64,000 nt of DNA from an uncultured Sphingomonas sp. (GTDB lineage Bacteria; Pseudomonadota; Alphaproteobacteria; Sphingomonadales; Sphingomonadaceae), in contig NZ_CALMAW010000092.1 of assembly GCF_937859915.1 (NCBI RefSeq), positions 19,327 through 83,326 on the forward strand. Reading direction: 5' to 3'. Position numbers and translations under genes: made by a program. Below are positions 46,018 through 56,436 of the stretch, piece after piece. Below the pieces are notes generated by a model. It searched no databases and was not told the DNA's origin. It saw only the letters and a list, made by a program, of their open reading frames with translations. How positions within the stretch are numbered: the first letter of the stretch is position 1; every line of letters starts with the position of its first letter.

Positions 46018-47562
46018 ATGTTATTCGGCCGTGTGAAGCCGCTGGACGCGATCCTCGCGACCGCGGAAAAGAAATCGTTGCACCGCTCGCTGGGCGCCTT
46101 CCAGCTCACCATGCTGGGGATCGGCGCCGTCATCGGCACCGGCATCTTCGTGTTGACCTCGGAAGCCGCGCAGAAGGCCGGCCCGGGCATGATGATCAGC
46201 TTCATCATTGCGGGCTTCGTCTGCGCCGTGGCGGCGCTGTGCTATTCCGAGCTCGCCTCGATGGTCCCGGTGGCGGGCTCCGCCTATACCTACAGCTATG
46301 CCGTGGTCGGCGAGATGCTGGCCTGGATGGTCGGCTGGGCGCTGATCCTCGAATATGCGCTGGGTGCATCGGCGGTCGCAGTCGGCTGGTCGGGGTATTT
46401 CACCGGCCTGCTCGCGCATCTGAGCAGCTTCGTGCCGTTCCTGCCCGACATCGTGACCCCGCAGTGGCTCGCGGTCGGCCCGAGCCAGGGCGGCTTCATC
46501 AACCTGCCCGCAGTGGTCATCTCGCTGCTCGTCACCTGGCTGCTGATCATCGGCACCAGCGAGAGCGCCAAGGTCACCTCGGTGCTCGTCGCGATCAAGA
46601 TCGCGGCGCTGACGATGTTCATCGCGATCTCGCTGCCGATGATGCACAAGGCGAACTTCACGCCGTTCATGCCGACCGGCTTCACCGGGGTCGCGGGTGC
46701 CGCCGCCTCGATCTTCTTCGCCTATGTCGGCTTCGACGCGGTCTCGACCGCCGCCGAGGAGACCAAGAATCCGCAGCGCAACGTGCCGATCGGGCTGATC
46801 GGCAGCCTCGCGGTCTGCACGGTCTTCTATCTGCTGGTCGCCGCCGGCGCGATCGGCTCGCCGCTCGGCGCGCAGCCCGTGGTCGATGCCGCAGGCCATC
46901 TGCTCGATCCGGGCACGCCCGAGCTCGCCGCGCGCTGCTCGGCGATCGTCGGCACCGGCGCGATGGAGCCGCTGACCTGCTCGAAGGAGGCGCTCGCGCA
47001 TATTTTGCGCGTCTTCGGCTGGCCGATCGCGGGCAATCTCATCGCGATCGCCGCGATCGTCGCGCTGCCGTCGGTGGTGCTGATGATGATGTACGGCCAG
47101 ACCCGCGTGTTCTTCGTGATGGCGCGCGACGGGCTGCTGCCCAAGACCTTCGCCAAGGTTCATCCGCGCTTCCATACGCCGCATGTCGTGACGTTGGTGA
47201 CCGGTCTGTTCTGCACCGTCTTCTCGGCGTTCGCGCCGGTCGGCCAGCTCGCCAATTATTCGAACTCGGGCACGCTGTTCGCCTTCGCGATGGTGGCGAT
47301 CGCTGTGCTGGTGCTGCGCGTCAAGGATCCGAGCCGTCACCGTCCGTTCCGGACCCCGCTGATCTGGGTGGTCGCGCCATTGGCGGTGCTGGGCTCGGTC
47401 TATCTCTATGCGTCGCTCGACTGGGGGTCGATCCTCGTCCTGCCGGGCTGGGGGGCGATCGGCCTGCTGGTCTATTTCCTGTACAGCCGCTCGCGCAGCT
47501 ACGTCGGGCGCGGAATCTTCGACGATGGTGAGGCCGAGGAGGCCGCGCGCGTCCTGCACTGA
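46018..47562 (+). CDS. APC family amino acid permease
   Basis: GAVIGTGIF, GSAYTY, FFAYVGFD, MARDGLLP, RPFRTP. Confidence 0.94.
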   Translation: MLFGRVKPLDAILATAEKKSLHRSLGAFQLTMLGIGAVIGTGIFVLTSEAAQKAGPGMMISFIIAGFVCAVAALCYSELASMVPVAGSAYTYSYAVVGEMLAWMVGWALILEYALGASAVAVGWSGYFTGLLAHLSSFVPFLPDIVTPQWLAVGPSQGGFINLPAVVISLLVTWLLIIGTSESAKVTSVLVAIKIAALTMFIAISLPMMHKANFTPFMPTGFTGVAGAAASIFFAYVGFDAVSTAAEETKNPQRNVPIGLIGSLAVCTVFYLLVAAGAIGSPLGAQPVVDAAGHLLDPGTPELAARCSAIVGTGAMEPLTCSKEALAHILRVFGWPIAGNLIAIAAIVALPSVVLMMMYGQTRVFFVMARDGLLPKTFAKVHPRFHTPHVVTLVTGLFCTVFSAFAPVGQLANYSNSGTLFAFAMVAIAVLVLRVKDPSRHRPFRTPLIWVVAPLAVLGSVYLYASLDWGSILVLPGWGAIGLLVYFLYSRSRSYVGRGIFDDGEAEEAARVLH

Positions 47563-47577
47563 TCGGCGAAGGACAGC

Positions 47578-47614
47578 AAAAAGGGCGGGAGGCGCGCTGC
47601 CTCCCGCCCTTTTT
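47578..47614. terminator. Bidirectional rho-independent terminator
   Basis: AAAAAGGGCGGGAGGC-gcgct-GCCTCCCGCCCTTTTT between convergent genes. Confidence 0.85.
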
Positions 47615-47629
47615 CGTGCCGGCGAAGGA

Positions 47630-48637
47630 TCAGCCGAGCGTGGCGGCGACCAGCGCCTTCAGATCCTGCTCGGGCCGGGCGCCATAATGGCCAATGACTT
47701 CGGCCGCGGCGACCGCGCCCATACGCAGGCAATCGGCGACCGGGCGGCCGTGGACATGGCCCGCAAGGTAGCCCGCCGAAAAGAGATCGCCGGCGCCGGT
47801 CGTGTCGACGACATGGTCGACCGGCTCGGCCGACACCTCGAACCGCTCGCCCTTGGCGATCGCGATCGCGCCTTCCGCACCGCGGGTGACGACCAACAAC
47901 GGCAGCTTGGCCGCCAGTGCCGCCAGCGCCGCCTCGAAATCGTCGAGACCGGCGAGCGCAATCAGCTCCTCATCATTGGCGAACAGGATGTCGATCTGTC
48001 CGTCGTCAATCAGCGCGGTGAAGTCGGCATGATGGCCGAGGATGCAAAACACCGCGGACACGCCGAGCGCGACCTGTCGACCGGCCTTGCGCGCCATGCC
48101 GATCGCCGCCTTCATCGCCGCGCGCGGCTCGAGCGGATCCCATAAATAGCCTTCGAGCAACAGCACCTTGGCGGAGGCGATCTGCGCCTCGTCGAGCGCG
48201 GTCTCCGGCAGGAACTGCGCGGCGCCCAAGTACGTGTTCATCGTGCGCTGGCCGTCCGGGCTGACGAGGACGAGGCAGCGGCCGGTCGGCACGTCGGCTG
48301 CGCGCGGGGGCACCGTGAAAGCGATGCCCTGCGACTGGAGATCGTGGACGAACACTTCGCCAAGCTGATCCGCGGCGACCTGGCCGATGAAGGCGCAGCG
48401 CGCGCCCATCATCGCGGCGCCCGCGACGGTGTTTCCGGCCGATCCGCCAGAAATCTCCTTACCCGGGCCCATCTTGCCATAAAGCGTGGTGGCGCGGTCG
48501 GCGTCGATCAGTTGCATCGCGCCGCGGGTGAGACCCTCGGCGGCGATGAACTCGTCGGGGGCAGCCGACAGCACGTCGACGAGCGCGTTGCCGATGGCGA
48601 TGATGTCGAGCGTAGCGGCGGGCGAAGTATCGGTCAC
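47630..48637 (-). CDS. PfkB family adenosine kinase
   Basis: GNALVDV, SGGSAGNT, RTMNTYLGA, VDTTGAGDLF. Confidence 0.9.
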   Translation of the reverse strand: MTDTSPAATLDIIAIGNALVDVLSAAPDEFIAAEGLTRGAMQLIDADRATTLYGKMGPGKEISGGSAGNTVAGAAMMGARCAFIGQVAADQLGEVFVHDLQSQGIAFTVPPRAADVPTGRCLVLVSPDGQRTMNTYLGAAQFLPETALDEAQIASAKVLLLEGYLWDPLEPRAAMKAAIGMARKAGRQVALGVSAVFCILGHHADFTALIDDGQIDILFANDEELIALAGLDDFEAALAALAAKLPLLVVTRGAEGAIAIAKGERFEVSAEPVDHVVDTTGAGDLFSAGYLAGHVHGRPVADCLRMGAVAAAEVIGHYGARPEQDLKALVAATLG

Positions 48638-48761
48638 GAATGTCTCCTGATGATTGATGGTGCGGTTAGCCGCCGCCCGTCGGCGGCGCAATCGCCGCCG
48701 ATCGCGTCCGCCGTGGCGCAAGCCGGTTTGCGCAGGCGGCATGGCGTGGCAGAGCACGCGC

Positions 48762-49136
48762 ATGATTCGCCGCCGCTATCTGACCTCGCTCGCGCCCGCG
48801 CTGCTGCTTGCCGCCTGTACGACGACCGCGCCGGTCCGGGCGCCGGTCGCGGAAAAGCCCGCCAACCTCCACGAGGCCGGGCTCGAGCGCGTGATCGGCA
48901 AGACCGCAACCCAGCTCGTCGCGCTGTTCGGCGAGGCGGATCTCGACGGCCGTGAAGGGCAGGCGCGGCGGTTGCAGTTCGTCGGCCCGGCCTGCGTGCT
49001 CGATGCCTATCTGTATCCGGCGAGCGCGGGCGCCGAGCCGGTTGTCACCTATCTCGACGCGAGGCTGCCGGCGGGCGACGATATCGACCGCGCCTCGTGC
49101 ATCGCCGCGCTGAGCAGGCGGACGGCGGCGCCCTAG
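48762..49136 (+). CDS. Hypothetical lipoprotein
   Basis: Signal plus lipobox LLAAC; LVALFG...CVLDAYLY. Confidence 0.75.
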   Translation: MIRRRYLTSLAPALLLAACTTTAPVRAPVAEKPANLHEAGLERVIGKTATQLVALFGEADLDGREGQARRLQFVGPACVLDAYLYPASAGAEPVVTYLDARLPAGDDIDRASCIAALSRRTAAP

Positions 49137-50251
49137 CTGTCGAGCGTCGAAAGCGCCGCGCGCCATTCGTCGAGCACCGTTTCGTCGGTCTCGCCAGCAA
49201 TCCGGTCCGGATCCAGCGCGTCCAGGCGTCGCAACGCCCATACCGCTGCCCCGCGCACGGCCGGGTCCGGATCGTCGAGCAAAGCGGTCAGCGGGGCGAC
49301 CAGTGTCGGCGCCGCGCTATTGCCCGCCGCGATCGCTGCGTTGCGGACCAAGCGGTCGCGGCCGATGCGTTTAATCGGCGAGCCGGCAAATACCTGGCGG
49401 AACGTCGCGTCGTCCAGCGCCAGCAGATCAGCGACATCGGGTGCCGCGAGTTCGGCGCGCGGCGCGAAGGCGAGATGGGCGTGCGCCGCGACGGCGAACT
49501 TGTTCCAGGGGCAGACCGACAGGCAGTCGTCGCAGCCATAGACATGGTTGCCGATTCCGGCGCGGAGCTCGCGCGGGATCGGGCCATGATGCTCGATCGT
49601 CAGATAGGAGATGCAGCGCCGCGCATCGATCTGATAGGGCTGGGGGAAAGCGTTGGTCGGGCAGATATCCTGGCAGGCGTTGCACGAGCCGCAGCTGTCG
49701 CGCGACGGCGGATCCGGGTCGAGCACAAGCTCGGTGAAGATGCAGCCGAGCAGCAACCAGCTGCCATGCTCGCGGCTGACCAGATTGGTGTGCTTGCCCT
49801 GCCAGCCGAGCCCCGCCGCCATCGCCAGCGGCTTCTCCATCACCGGCGCGGTATCGACGAACAGCTTGAGCGCGCCGCCGCCCTCGGCGACCATCCACCG
49901 CGCCAATGCCTTGAGCGCCTTTTTGACGACGTCGTGATAGTCCTGGCCCTGTGCATAGACCGAGATGCGTGCGGTCTCCGCGCTGTTGCCAAGCCGCAGC
50001 GGGTCCTCGGGCGGGGCATAGCTCATGCCGAGCGCAACGACCGACCGAACTTCCGGCCATAGTGCGAGCGGTGAGCGCCGCCAAGCGGCGCGCGCCTCCA
50101 TCCATTCCATCGTGCCATGCGCCCCGTCGCTCAGCCATTGGGCGAGCCGCGAGCCGGGCAGCGGATCATCGATCGCGCGAGTCACGCCGCAGGCGACGAA
50201 GCCGAGGCGGGCCGCCTCAGCCTTGAGGCGATGGGTGAGCGTGTCGGGCAT
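49133..50251 (-). CDS. queG: tRNA epoxyqueuosine reductase
   Basis: DYH, VDTAPVMEK, CGSCNACQDICPT, RCISYLTIE, YGCDDCLSVCPWN. Confidence 0.96.
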   Translation of the reverse strand: MPDTLTHRLKAEAARLGFVACGVTRAIDDPLPGSRLAQWLSDGAHGTMEWMEARAAWRRSPLALWPEVRSVVALGMSYAPPEDPLRLGNSAETARISVYAQGQDYHDVVKKALKALARWMVAEGGGALKLFVDTAPVMEKPLAMAAGLGWQGKHTNLVSREHGSWLLLGCIFTELVLDPDPPSRDSCGSCNACQDICPTNAFPQPYQIDARRCISYLTIEHHGPIPRELRAGIGNHVYGCDDCLSVCPWNKFAVAAHAHLAFAPRAELAAPDVADLLALDDATFRQVFAGSPIKRIGRDRLVRNAAIAAGNSAAPTLVAPLTALLDDPDPAVRGAAVWALRRLDALDPDRIAGETDETVLDEWRAALSTLDS

Positions 50252-50330
50252 CGCTGCCAGATAGCGATGCTGGGCGCTACGGCAAAGCGCGCTTGGGCGG
50301 CCGCCCCGCAAGGACGCCAGACCGCCATGC

Positions 50331-51017
50331 TCAGATCAAGCCGAGCGCCCGCAGGCTGGCATGGCCTCGCGCGCCGATGATGACGTGGTCGTGCACCGAG
50401 ATCCCAAGCGGCTGGCCCGCCTCGACGATCTGGCGGGTGAGCGCGATGTCCTGCCGGCTTGGCGCGGGATCGCCGCTGGGATGGTTGTGGACGAGGATGA
50501 TCGCCGCCGACCCCAGCTCCATCGCACGCTTGATCACTTCGCGGACATGAACGGCCGACTGGTCGATCGAGCCTTCGGAGATGGTTTCGTCGCGGATCAG
50601 CACATTCTTGGTGTTGAGATGCAGCACCCGGACGCGTTCGATGCCGATATGCGCCATGTCGGCTTGGAGATAATCGAGCAGCGCCTGCCAGCCGGACAGG
50701 ATGGGCTGCGTCTGGACCTGCGTGCGCAACAGGCGCAGCGCGGCGATGTCGACGATGCGCAAGGCCGCGACCGCGCTCTCGCCCATGCCGGGGACCCTGA
50801 GCAGCGCGTGCGGATCGGCCGAGAGCAAGGGGCCGAGCCCCCCGAACTCGCGCAGCAGCGCCTTGGCGAGCGGTTTGGTGTCACGCCGCGGGATGGCGAG
50901 CGCCAGGAGATATTCGACCAGCTCATAATCCTGCAGCGCGTCGGCGCCGCCCTCGATCAGCCGCGTGCGCAGGCGGGCGCGGTGTCCGGCGGCGTCGGGC
51001 GGCGTCGACTGGCTCAT
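50331..51017 (-). CDS. radC: RadC/JAB domain protein
   Basis: GHRARLR, HNHPSGDPAPSRQD, VHDHVII. Confidence 0.95.
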   Translation of the reverse strand: MSQSTPPDAAGHRARLRTRLIEGGADALQDYELVEYLLALAIPRRDTKPLAKALLREFGGLGPLLSADPHALLRVPGMGESAVAALRIVDIAALRLLRTQVQTQPILSGWQALLDYLQADMAHIGIERVRVLHLNTKNVLIRDETISEGSIDQSAVHVREVIKRAMELGSAAIILVHNHPSGDPAPSRQDIALTRQIVEAGQPLGISVHDHVIIGARGHASLRALGLI

Positions 51018-51124
51018 CCGCGTCTTGCTAGCAGGCCGCCGCGCCCACGCAAACGATCACCGTTGGGGGTGTCCTCGGCAAGTCGTCATGCCTATGAAGA
51101 GACGGGTTCGGTTCGGGAGCGTGC

Positions 51125-54100
51125 GTGCAGGAGAGCGAGGCCGAGCGTCCACGAGCATCGATCGGGCGGCGGCTTGCCGTGGCGGCAGGGCTCGCCGGTG
51201 GCGTCGCCATGGTCGCGCTGATCTCGGCATGGATAGAGCGGCAGCCGATCGTGGTGCATTTCGTCGGCGACCGGCTGGCCGCCGCGCATGTCCGCGCCAG
51301 TTACCGAATCGTCGCGATCGGCCCGTTCGAGCAGCGGTTGGAGGCCGTGCGGATCGGCGATCCGGCCGCCCCCGACCTCACGGCCCGGTCGGTCGCGCTG
51401 GAGATCGGCTATGGTCTGCACGGCCCCTATCTGCGCGCGGTCCGCGCCGACGGGATGCGACTCCGCACCACATTGACGGGCGGCCGCCTGTCGCTCGGCG
51501 AGATCGACCGGTTGCTGCCGGCCGCGTCCGCCGCGCCGTTCATGCTGCCGGACCTCGAGGTCGCCCTGCAGGACGCCCAGCTGGCGCTCGATACGCCAGC
51601 GGGTTTGCTTCGCGCGTCCATTGTCGGCGGCGGCAATCTGGCGGGGGGTTTTTCCGGGCTGGCCACCGTGACCATGCCGCGGGTCACGGTCGGCGCCTGT
51701 ACCGTGCGCGGCGTGACCGCAGATCTCCGCGTGCGTATCGAGGCGCGGCGTCCGCATGTCGTCGGCCCGCTCGATCTGGCGTCGGTGGGGTGTACGCCGC
51801 AGCGTCTCGCCCTCGGCGCAGGACGCGCGAATCTCGACGTTACCTTCGCGTCGTCGCTCGAGGGCGGGCAGGGCGGCGCCGCGTTGGTCGGCTTCGCCGG
51901 GAGTGCCGCAGGCGTCCGCTTCGGGCGCGCCTCGGGCTTGGTCACGCTGGCGGGCGATCGGCGTCGGATCGACGGGACGACCGGGATGACCTTCGCCAAC
52001 GTCACGCATCCGCTCGGAAGCGCGGGCCGCCTGATGCTCGGCGGCCGCTATCGCTTCATACCGGGCAAAGCTGGTCTGATCTTTGCGGGTGATCTTGCGG
52101 CGCGCGATGCCGCGATGTCGCCGACGCGACGGCGCGCTCTGATGGATGCCGGTCGCGCGCTAGCGGGAACACCGATCGCGCCGCTGGCCGCTCGCGCGAC
52201 GGTGGCGATCGACCATCTCCTGGCCAATAGCGATGCCGACGCACGGATCGCCTTCGCGGTCGGCGGATCGGCAGGAGCGGGGTTCAGCGTCCGGTCGCTT
52301 GCAGTGGCCGGACGTGACGGCGGTTTTGTGCGGGTCACCGAGGGTGACGGCCTCGGCTGGCAGGCGCGCGATCGGCGCTGGCGGATCGATGGCCGGATCA
52401 GGACGGGGGGGCGCGGGATTCCGGCGCTCGATGTACGGCTGGCGCAGCCGGTCGCAGGCGCGCCGGTGACGGGGGTCGCGCGACTCGCGCCCTATGCGGC
52501 TCCGGGCGCGCGGCTGGCGCTGACGCCCGTCGGTTTCGCGGCGACCGGCACGACGACGCGCTTCGCAACCATCGCGACGCTCGACGGTCCGCTCGGCTCG
52601 GGACGGATCGAAGGATTGACCGTGCCACTCGCGGGCAAGATCGACATGCGCGGCGGCTTCACGCTGGGCGAAACCTGCGTACCGCTCGGCTTCCGGCGCT
52701 TGATCGTCGGCGCCATCGCGCTGGATCCGGCGCGCGTCTCCGCCTGTGGCGAAGACGGAGAGGCGCTTGTCTCGCGCAAGCCCGGCGAAGGGGTGCGCTA
52801 TGGCGCGATCCTTGGCGGGATTCGGCTCGGCGGTCGCTCGGGCGCGGCGCCGCTGACGGTGGCGGCTCGCGGGGCGGACATATCCGCGGGCGGCGTGACG
52901 GTCCACGGCCTCGCCATCCGGCTGGGCCGCGCCGACGCGATCACCGAGCTCGATGCCGACAGCGTCGTGGGCATGATCGACGGACACGGCGTCGGTGGTC
53001 GCTTCACGGGCGCCGCCGCCCAGATCGCCCACGTCCCGCTTTCGCTCACCGACATGGCGGGGCTCTGGACGTCGGCAAGCGGCGCGCTGGCGCTGACGGG
53101 AAGTCTCGCGGTCTCGGATGCGGCGACACCTGCCCGGTTTGCGCCCCTCGTCGCGCGGGACGCCGCACTGCGCTTCGCGGCGGGCAAGATCGACGCGACC
53201 GCCACGCTTCGCGAACCCAAAAGCGATATTGCGGTCGGCAGCGTCGCGATCGGGCATGATCTCGGCACCGGCGTGGGCAACGCAACGCTTGCGATGCCGG
53301 GCCTGCACTTCGTCCCGAAGGGCCTCCAGCCCGAGGCGCTGACTCCGCTGACACTCGGTGTGATCGCCAACACCACGGGCACGGTCGCCGGACACGGTCG
53401 GATCGACTGGACCGCGCAGGGCGTCACCAGCAGCGGCAGCTTCCACACCGATGGGATCGATCTCGCGGCCGCCTTCGGCCCGGTCAACCGGATCGTCGGC
53501 ACGATCCGCTTTACCGATCTGCTCGGCATGGTGACGGCGCCGCATCAGGAAGCGACGATCGCCGAGGTCAATCCGGGCGTCGCGGTGTCCAATGGCGTCG
53601 TGCATTACCAATTGCTTGCCGGACAGAAGGTGCAGGTCGAGGACGCGCGCTGGCCGTTCGCTGGCGGCGCGCTGATCCTCGAGCCGTCGCTGCTCAGTTT
53701 CGAGCAGAGCGCGCAGCGCCACCTCACTTTCCGCATCCGCGGGCTCGACGCTGCAGCGTTCGTCCAGCAGCTGGCCTTTCCCAACATCTCGGCCACGGGG
53801 GTGTTCGATGGCGCACTGCCAATGATCTTCGATCAGAATGGCGGCCGCATCGTGCAAGGCGAACTCGTCGCCCGGCGCCCGGGCGGAACGCTCGCCTATG
53901 TCGGCGAACTCAGCAATGCCCAGCTCGGCACGATGGGCAAGCTCGCCTTCGACGCGCTCAAGGCGATCCGCTACAATTCGCTGTCGATCGGCCTCGACGG
54001 CAGGCTCGACGGCGAGATCATCAGCCGCGTCAAGTTCGACGGCGTGCGCCAGGCGACGGGCGACGGCGGGCTGGCGGCGCGGCTCATCCGCAACCTGCCA

Positions 54101-54265
54101 TTCCGCTTCAACATCCAGATCCGCGCGCCCTTCCGCGGATTGATGGGGTCGGCGCGCGCCTTCGTCGATCCTGCCGTGCTCTTGCAGGGCGGCACCGCGT
54201 CTTTCACTCAGCCCGCCGTAAGTCCGGCGGCCGTTCAGCCTGTCGAAAGCGAGCCCGTGCGATGA
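51125..54265 (+). CDS. ydbH: YdbH family intermembrane lipid transport (AsmA-like) protein
   Basis: N-terminal TM, long beta-rich body, C-terminal WPFAGG / TGVFDGALP / FDALKAIRY; followed by ynbE-ydbL. Confidence 0.85.
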   Translation: MQESEAERPRASIGRRLAVAAGLAGGVAMVALISAWIERQPIVVHFVGDRLAAAHVRASYRIVAIGPFEQRLEAVRIGDPAAPDLTARSVALEIGYGLHGPYLRAVRADGMRLRTTLTGGRLSLGEIDRLLPAASAAPFMLPDLEVALQDAQLALDTPAGLLRASIVGGGNLAGGFSGLATVTMPRVTVGACTVRGVTADLRVRIEARRPHVVGPLDLASVGCTPQRLALGAGRANLDVTFASSLEGGQGGAALVGFAGSAAGVRFGRASGLVTLAGDRRRIDGTTGMTFANVTHPLGSAGRLMLGGRYRFIPGKAGLIFAGDLAARDAAMSPTRRRALMDAGRALAGTPIAPLAARATVAIDHLLANSDADARIAFAVGGSAGAGFSVRSLAVAGRDGGFVRVTEGDGLGWQARDRRWRIDGRIRTGGRGIPALDVRLAQPVAGAPVTGVARLAPYAAPGARLALTPVGFAATGTTTRFATIATLDGPLGSGRIEGLTVPLAGKIDMRGGFTLGETCVPLGFRRLIVGAIALDPARVSACGEDGEALVSRKPGEGVRYGAILGGIRLGGRSGAAPLTVAARGADISAGGVTVHGLAIRLGRADAITELDADSVVGMIDGHGVGGRFTGAAAQIAHVPLSLTDMAGLWTSASGALALTGSLAVSDAATPARFAPLVARDAALRFAAGKIDATATLREPKSDIAVGSVAIGHDLGTGVGNATLAMPGLHFVPKGLQPEALTPLTLGVIANTTGTVAGHGRIDWTAQGVTSSGSFHTDGIDLAAAFGPVNRIVGTIRFTDLLGMVTAPHQEATIAEVNPGVAVSNGVVHYQLLAGQKVQVEDARWPFAGGALILEPSLLSFEQSAQRHLTFRIRGLDAAAFVQQLAFPNISATGVFDGALPMIFDQNGGRIVQGELVARRPGGTLAYVGELSNAQLGTMGKLAFDALKAIRYNSLSIGLDGRLDGEIISRVKFDGVRQATGDGGLAARLIRNLPFRFNIQIRAPFRGLMGSARAFVDPAVLLQGGTASFTQPAVSPAAVQPVESEPVR

Positions 54266-54498
54266 CCGCCATTGTATTGACGACGAACCGTTGCGATGCC
54301 AGCCCTGTCGACATGGTCTGGCGCTTCGTATCTTTGGCTGCCGCGAGCCTGTTGCTCGCCGGCTGCATATCGGTGAGAGCGCCCGACAAGCCGATCGAGA
54401 TCAATCTCAACATCAGCGTCAAGCAGGAGGTCGTGGTCAGTCTCAAACAGGACGCCAAGGACCTCATCGCCAGCAACCCGGAGTTGTTCCCGAAATGA
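54262..54498 (+). CDS. ynbE: YnbE family lipoprotein
   Basis: LAGCISVRAPDKPIEINLNI; start may be 54313. Confidence 0.88.
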   Translation: MTAIVLTTNRCDASPVDMVWRFVSLAAASLLLAGCISVRAPDKPIEINLNISVKQEVVVSLKQDAKDLIASNPELFPK

Positions 54499-54872
54499 AC
54501 CGTCTGTCCCACATGATCATCGGTATCGCACTGGCGATCGTGCCGACCGCCGCGACCTTCGCGCAGTCGGGCGAGGTTGCCGCCGCGATCGCGTCGGGCG
54601 AGGTCGGCGAGCAGGCGGATGGCTATCTCGGCTTCGTCCGCGCGCCGGCTCCGGGGCTGAAGGCCGAGGTCGATGCGATCAACATCAAGCGCCGCGAGGC
54701 CTATACGCAGGTCGCGCAGACCAAGAATGTGCCGATCGAGGCGTTCGCGGCGTCGATCGGGTGCACCACGCTCGCGGGTCTGAAGCCCGGCCGCGCCTAC
54801 AGCGTCGCGCGCGGGGTCTGGGCGACCAAGGGCGCGCAGCCCGTCGCGCTTCCGGCGCAATGCGGCGGCTGA
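54495..54872 (+). CDS. ydbL: YdbL (DUF1318) family protein
   Basis: GEVGEQADGYLG, INIKRREAY. Confidence 0.87.
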   Translation: MNRLSHMIIGIALAIVPTAATFAQSGEVAAAIASGEVGEQADGYLGFVRAPAPGLKAEVDAINIKRREAYTQVAQTKNVPIEAFAASIGCTTLAGLKPGRAYSVARGVWATKGAQPVALPAQCGG

Positions 54873-54974
54873 CCGCCTGGCGGTTCGCGAAGATTGACTT
54901 GAGCGAAGCCTCTTCCTAAGGGGAGCGCGCCGAGGGGGCGAGCCCATGGCATGCGCCTCCCAATGGGAGAGAGC

Positions 54975-55289
54975 ATGGCACAGGACGAACCCGGGCGGAT
55001 CCCGGAAGGCGGCGGGGGCCGTGCATCGCTCGAAGAGCGGTTGCGCGCGGCTCGCTCTGCTGAGACGGCACGGACGGGCACGGCCGCCAGGAAGCCTCGC
55101 AAGGGGTATAACCAGGGCGCTCGCATTCTCACCGAGCTGATCGCGGGGCCCGCTGGCGGGGGGATCATCGGCTGGCTGCTTGACCGCTGGTTTGGAACCT
55201 CGCCCTGGCTCCTCTTGGTGATGCTGTTCCTCGGGTTCGGCGTCGCCGTCAGGAACATCTATCGCATTTCGAATGAGCGCCCGGAGTAA
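54975..55289 (+). CDS. atpI: AtpZ/AtpI family protein
   Basis: GWLLDRWFGTSPW; first gene of F0 operon. Confidence 0.88.
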   Translation: MAQDEPGRIPEGGGGRASLEERLRAARSAETARTGTAARKPRKGYNQGARILTELIAGPAGGGIIGWLLDRWFGTSPWLLLVMLFLGFGVAVRNIYRISNERPE

Positions 55290-55321
55290 TTCGGGCGTTT
55301 CGAGCATGAAAAGGGTCCAGA

Positions 55322-56110
55322 GTGGCAGCGGAAGCCAGCGCGATCGATCCGATGGCGCAATTCCATATCGATCCCGTCATCGGTTCGGGTTGGTCGGTAT
55401 TCGGATATAATCTCGCCTTCACCAACAGCGCGGCCTTCATGGTGATCGTGCTCGCGGTGCTGTGGGTGTTCATGCTCGGCGGCATGCGCCGCCAGCTCGT
55501 GCCCGGCCGCTGGCAGGTCGCGGTCGAATCGATGACCAGCTTCGTGTCGAACATGATCGACGCGAACATCGGACCGAAGGGCAAGCATTTCACGCCCTAC
55601 GTCTTCTCGCTGTTCATGTTCATCCTGCTCGCCAATTTCATCGGTCTGTTCCCGCTGGCGATCATCCCGGGGCTGCACGCCTTCACGGTGACGAGCCATA
55701 TCACGGTGACCGGCGTGCTCGCGGTGATGAGCTTCTCGATCGTGCTGATCGTCGGCTTCGCCAAGCACGGTCTCAAATTCTTTTCGCTATTCGCGCCGCA
55801 CGGCACGCCCTGGTATCTGCTGATCCTGATCTTTCCGATCGAGCTGGTCTCCTTCCTGGTGCGTCCGTTCAGCCTGGGGCTGCGACTGTTCGTGGCGATG
55901 ACCGCCGGGCACATCCTGCTCGACGTGTTCGCCAGCTTCATCATCCAGGGTCTGCACGCGAACAACGCGATCGGGCCGGTGGTCAGCATCCTCAGCTTCG
56001 CGATGGTGATCGCGGTCAGTGCGCTCGAGCTGCTGATCGCCGCCATCCAGGCCTATGTTTTCGCATTGCTCACGTCGCTGTATCTCAACGACGCGATCAA
56101 CCTGCACTAA
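55322..56110 (+). CDS. atpB: ATP synthase F0 subunit a
   Basis: FTNSA, PGRWQ, RPFSLGLRLF, IQAYVF. Confidence 0.97.
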   Translation: MAAEASAIDPMAQFHIDPVIGSGWSVFGYNLAFTNSAAFMVIVLAVLWVFMLGGMRRQLVPGRWQVAVESMTSFVSNMIDANIGPKGKHFTPYVFSLFMFILLANFIGLFPLAIIPGLHAFTVTSHITVTGVLAVMSFSIVLIVGFAKHGLKFFSLFAPHGTPWYLLILIFPIELVSFLVRPFSLGLRLFVAMTAGHILLDVFASFIIQGLHANNAIGPVVSILSFAMVIAVSALELLIAAIQAYVFALLTSLYLNDAINLH

Positions 56111-56149
56111 GCGTTTTTTCAAGTTTACGGTTCAGCAAAGGAATACATC

Positions 56150-56383
56150 ATGGATCTCGCTTCCGCCAAGTTCATCGGTGCCGGCCTCGCGGCGATCGGC
56201 GTGGGTCTCGCCGCACTCGGCGTGGGCAACGTGTTCGGCTCGTTCCTCGAGGGCGCGCTGCGCAACCCGGGTGCCGCCGACGGCCAGCAGGGCCGCCTGT
56301 TCATCGGCTTCGCCGCCGCCGAGCTTCTCGGCCTGATCGCGTTCGTCGTCGCGATCCTCATCCTGTTCGTCGTCAAGGGCTGA
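56150..56383 (+). CDS. atpE: ATP synthase F0 subunit c
   Basis: [11 protein letters not shown] loop, conserved Glu in AAAELLG; U-rich leader. Confidence 0.97.
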   Translation: MDLASAKFIGAGLAAIGVGLAALGVGNVFGSFLEGALRNPGAADGQQGRLFIGFAAAELLGLIAFVVAILILFVVKG

Positions 56384-56394
56384 CGTCCCGGCTG

Positions 56395-56420
56395 CCGGGA
56401 CCGGTCTGACCGGTTCCGGC
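56395..56420 (+). other. Stem-loop after atpE
   Basis: GCCGGGACCGGTC-T-GACCGGTTCCGGC; likely mRNA stabiliser/attenuator. Confidence 0.5.
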
Positions 56421-56436
56421 GGGGGCGGAGGAACGC

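Noticed and set aside
50331-51017. radC as a mobile-element marker
   Set aside because: Full-length chromosomal form among core genes
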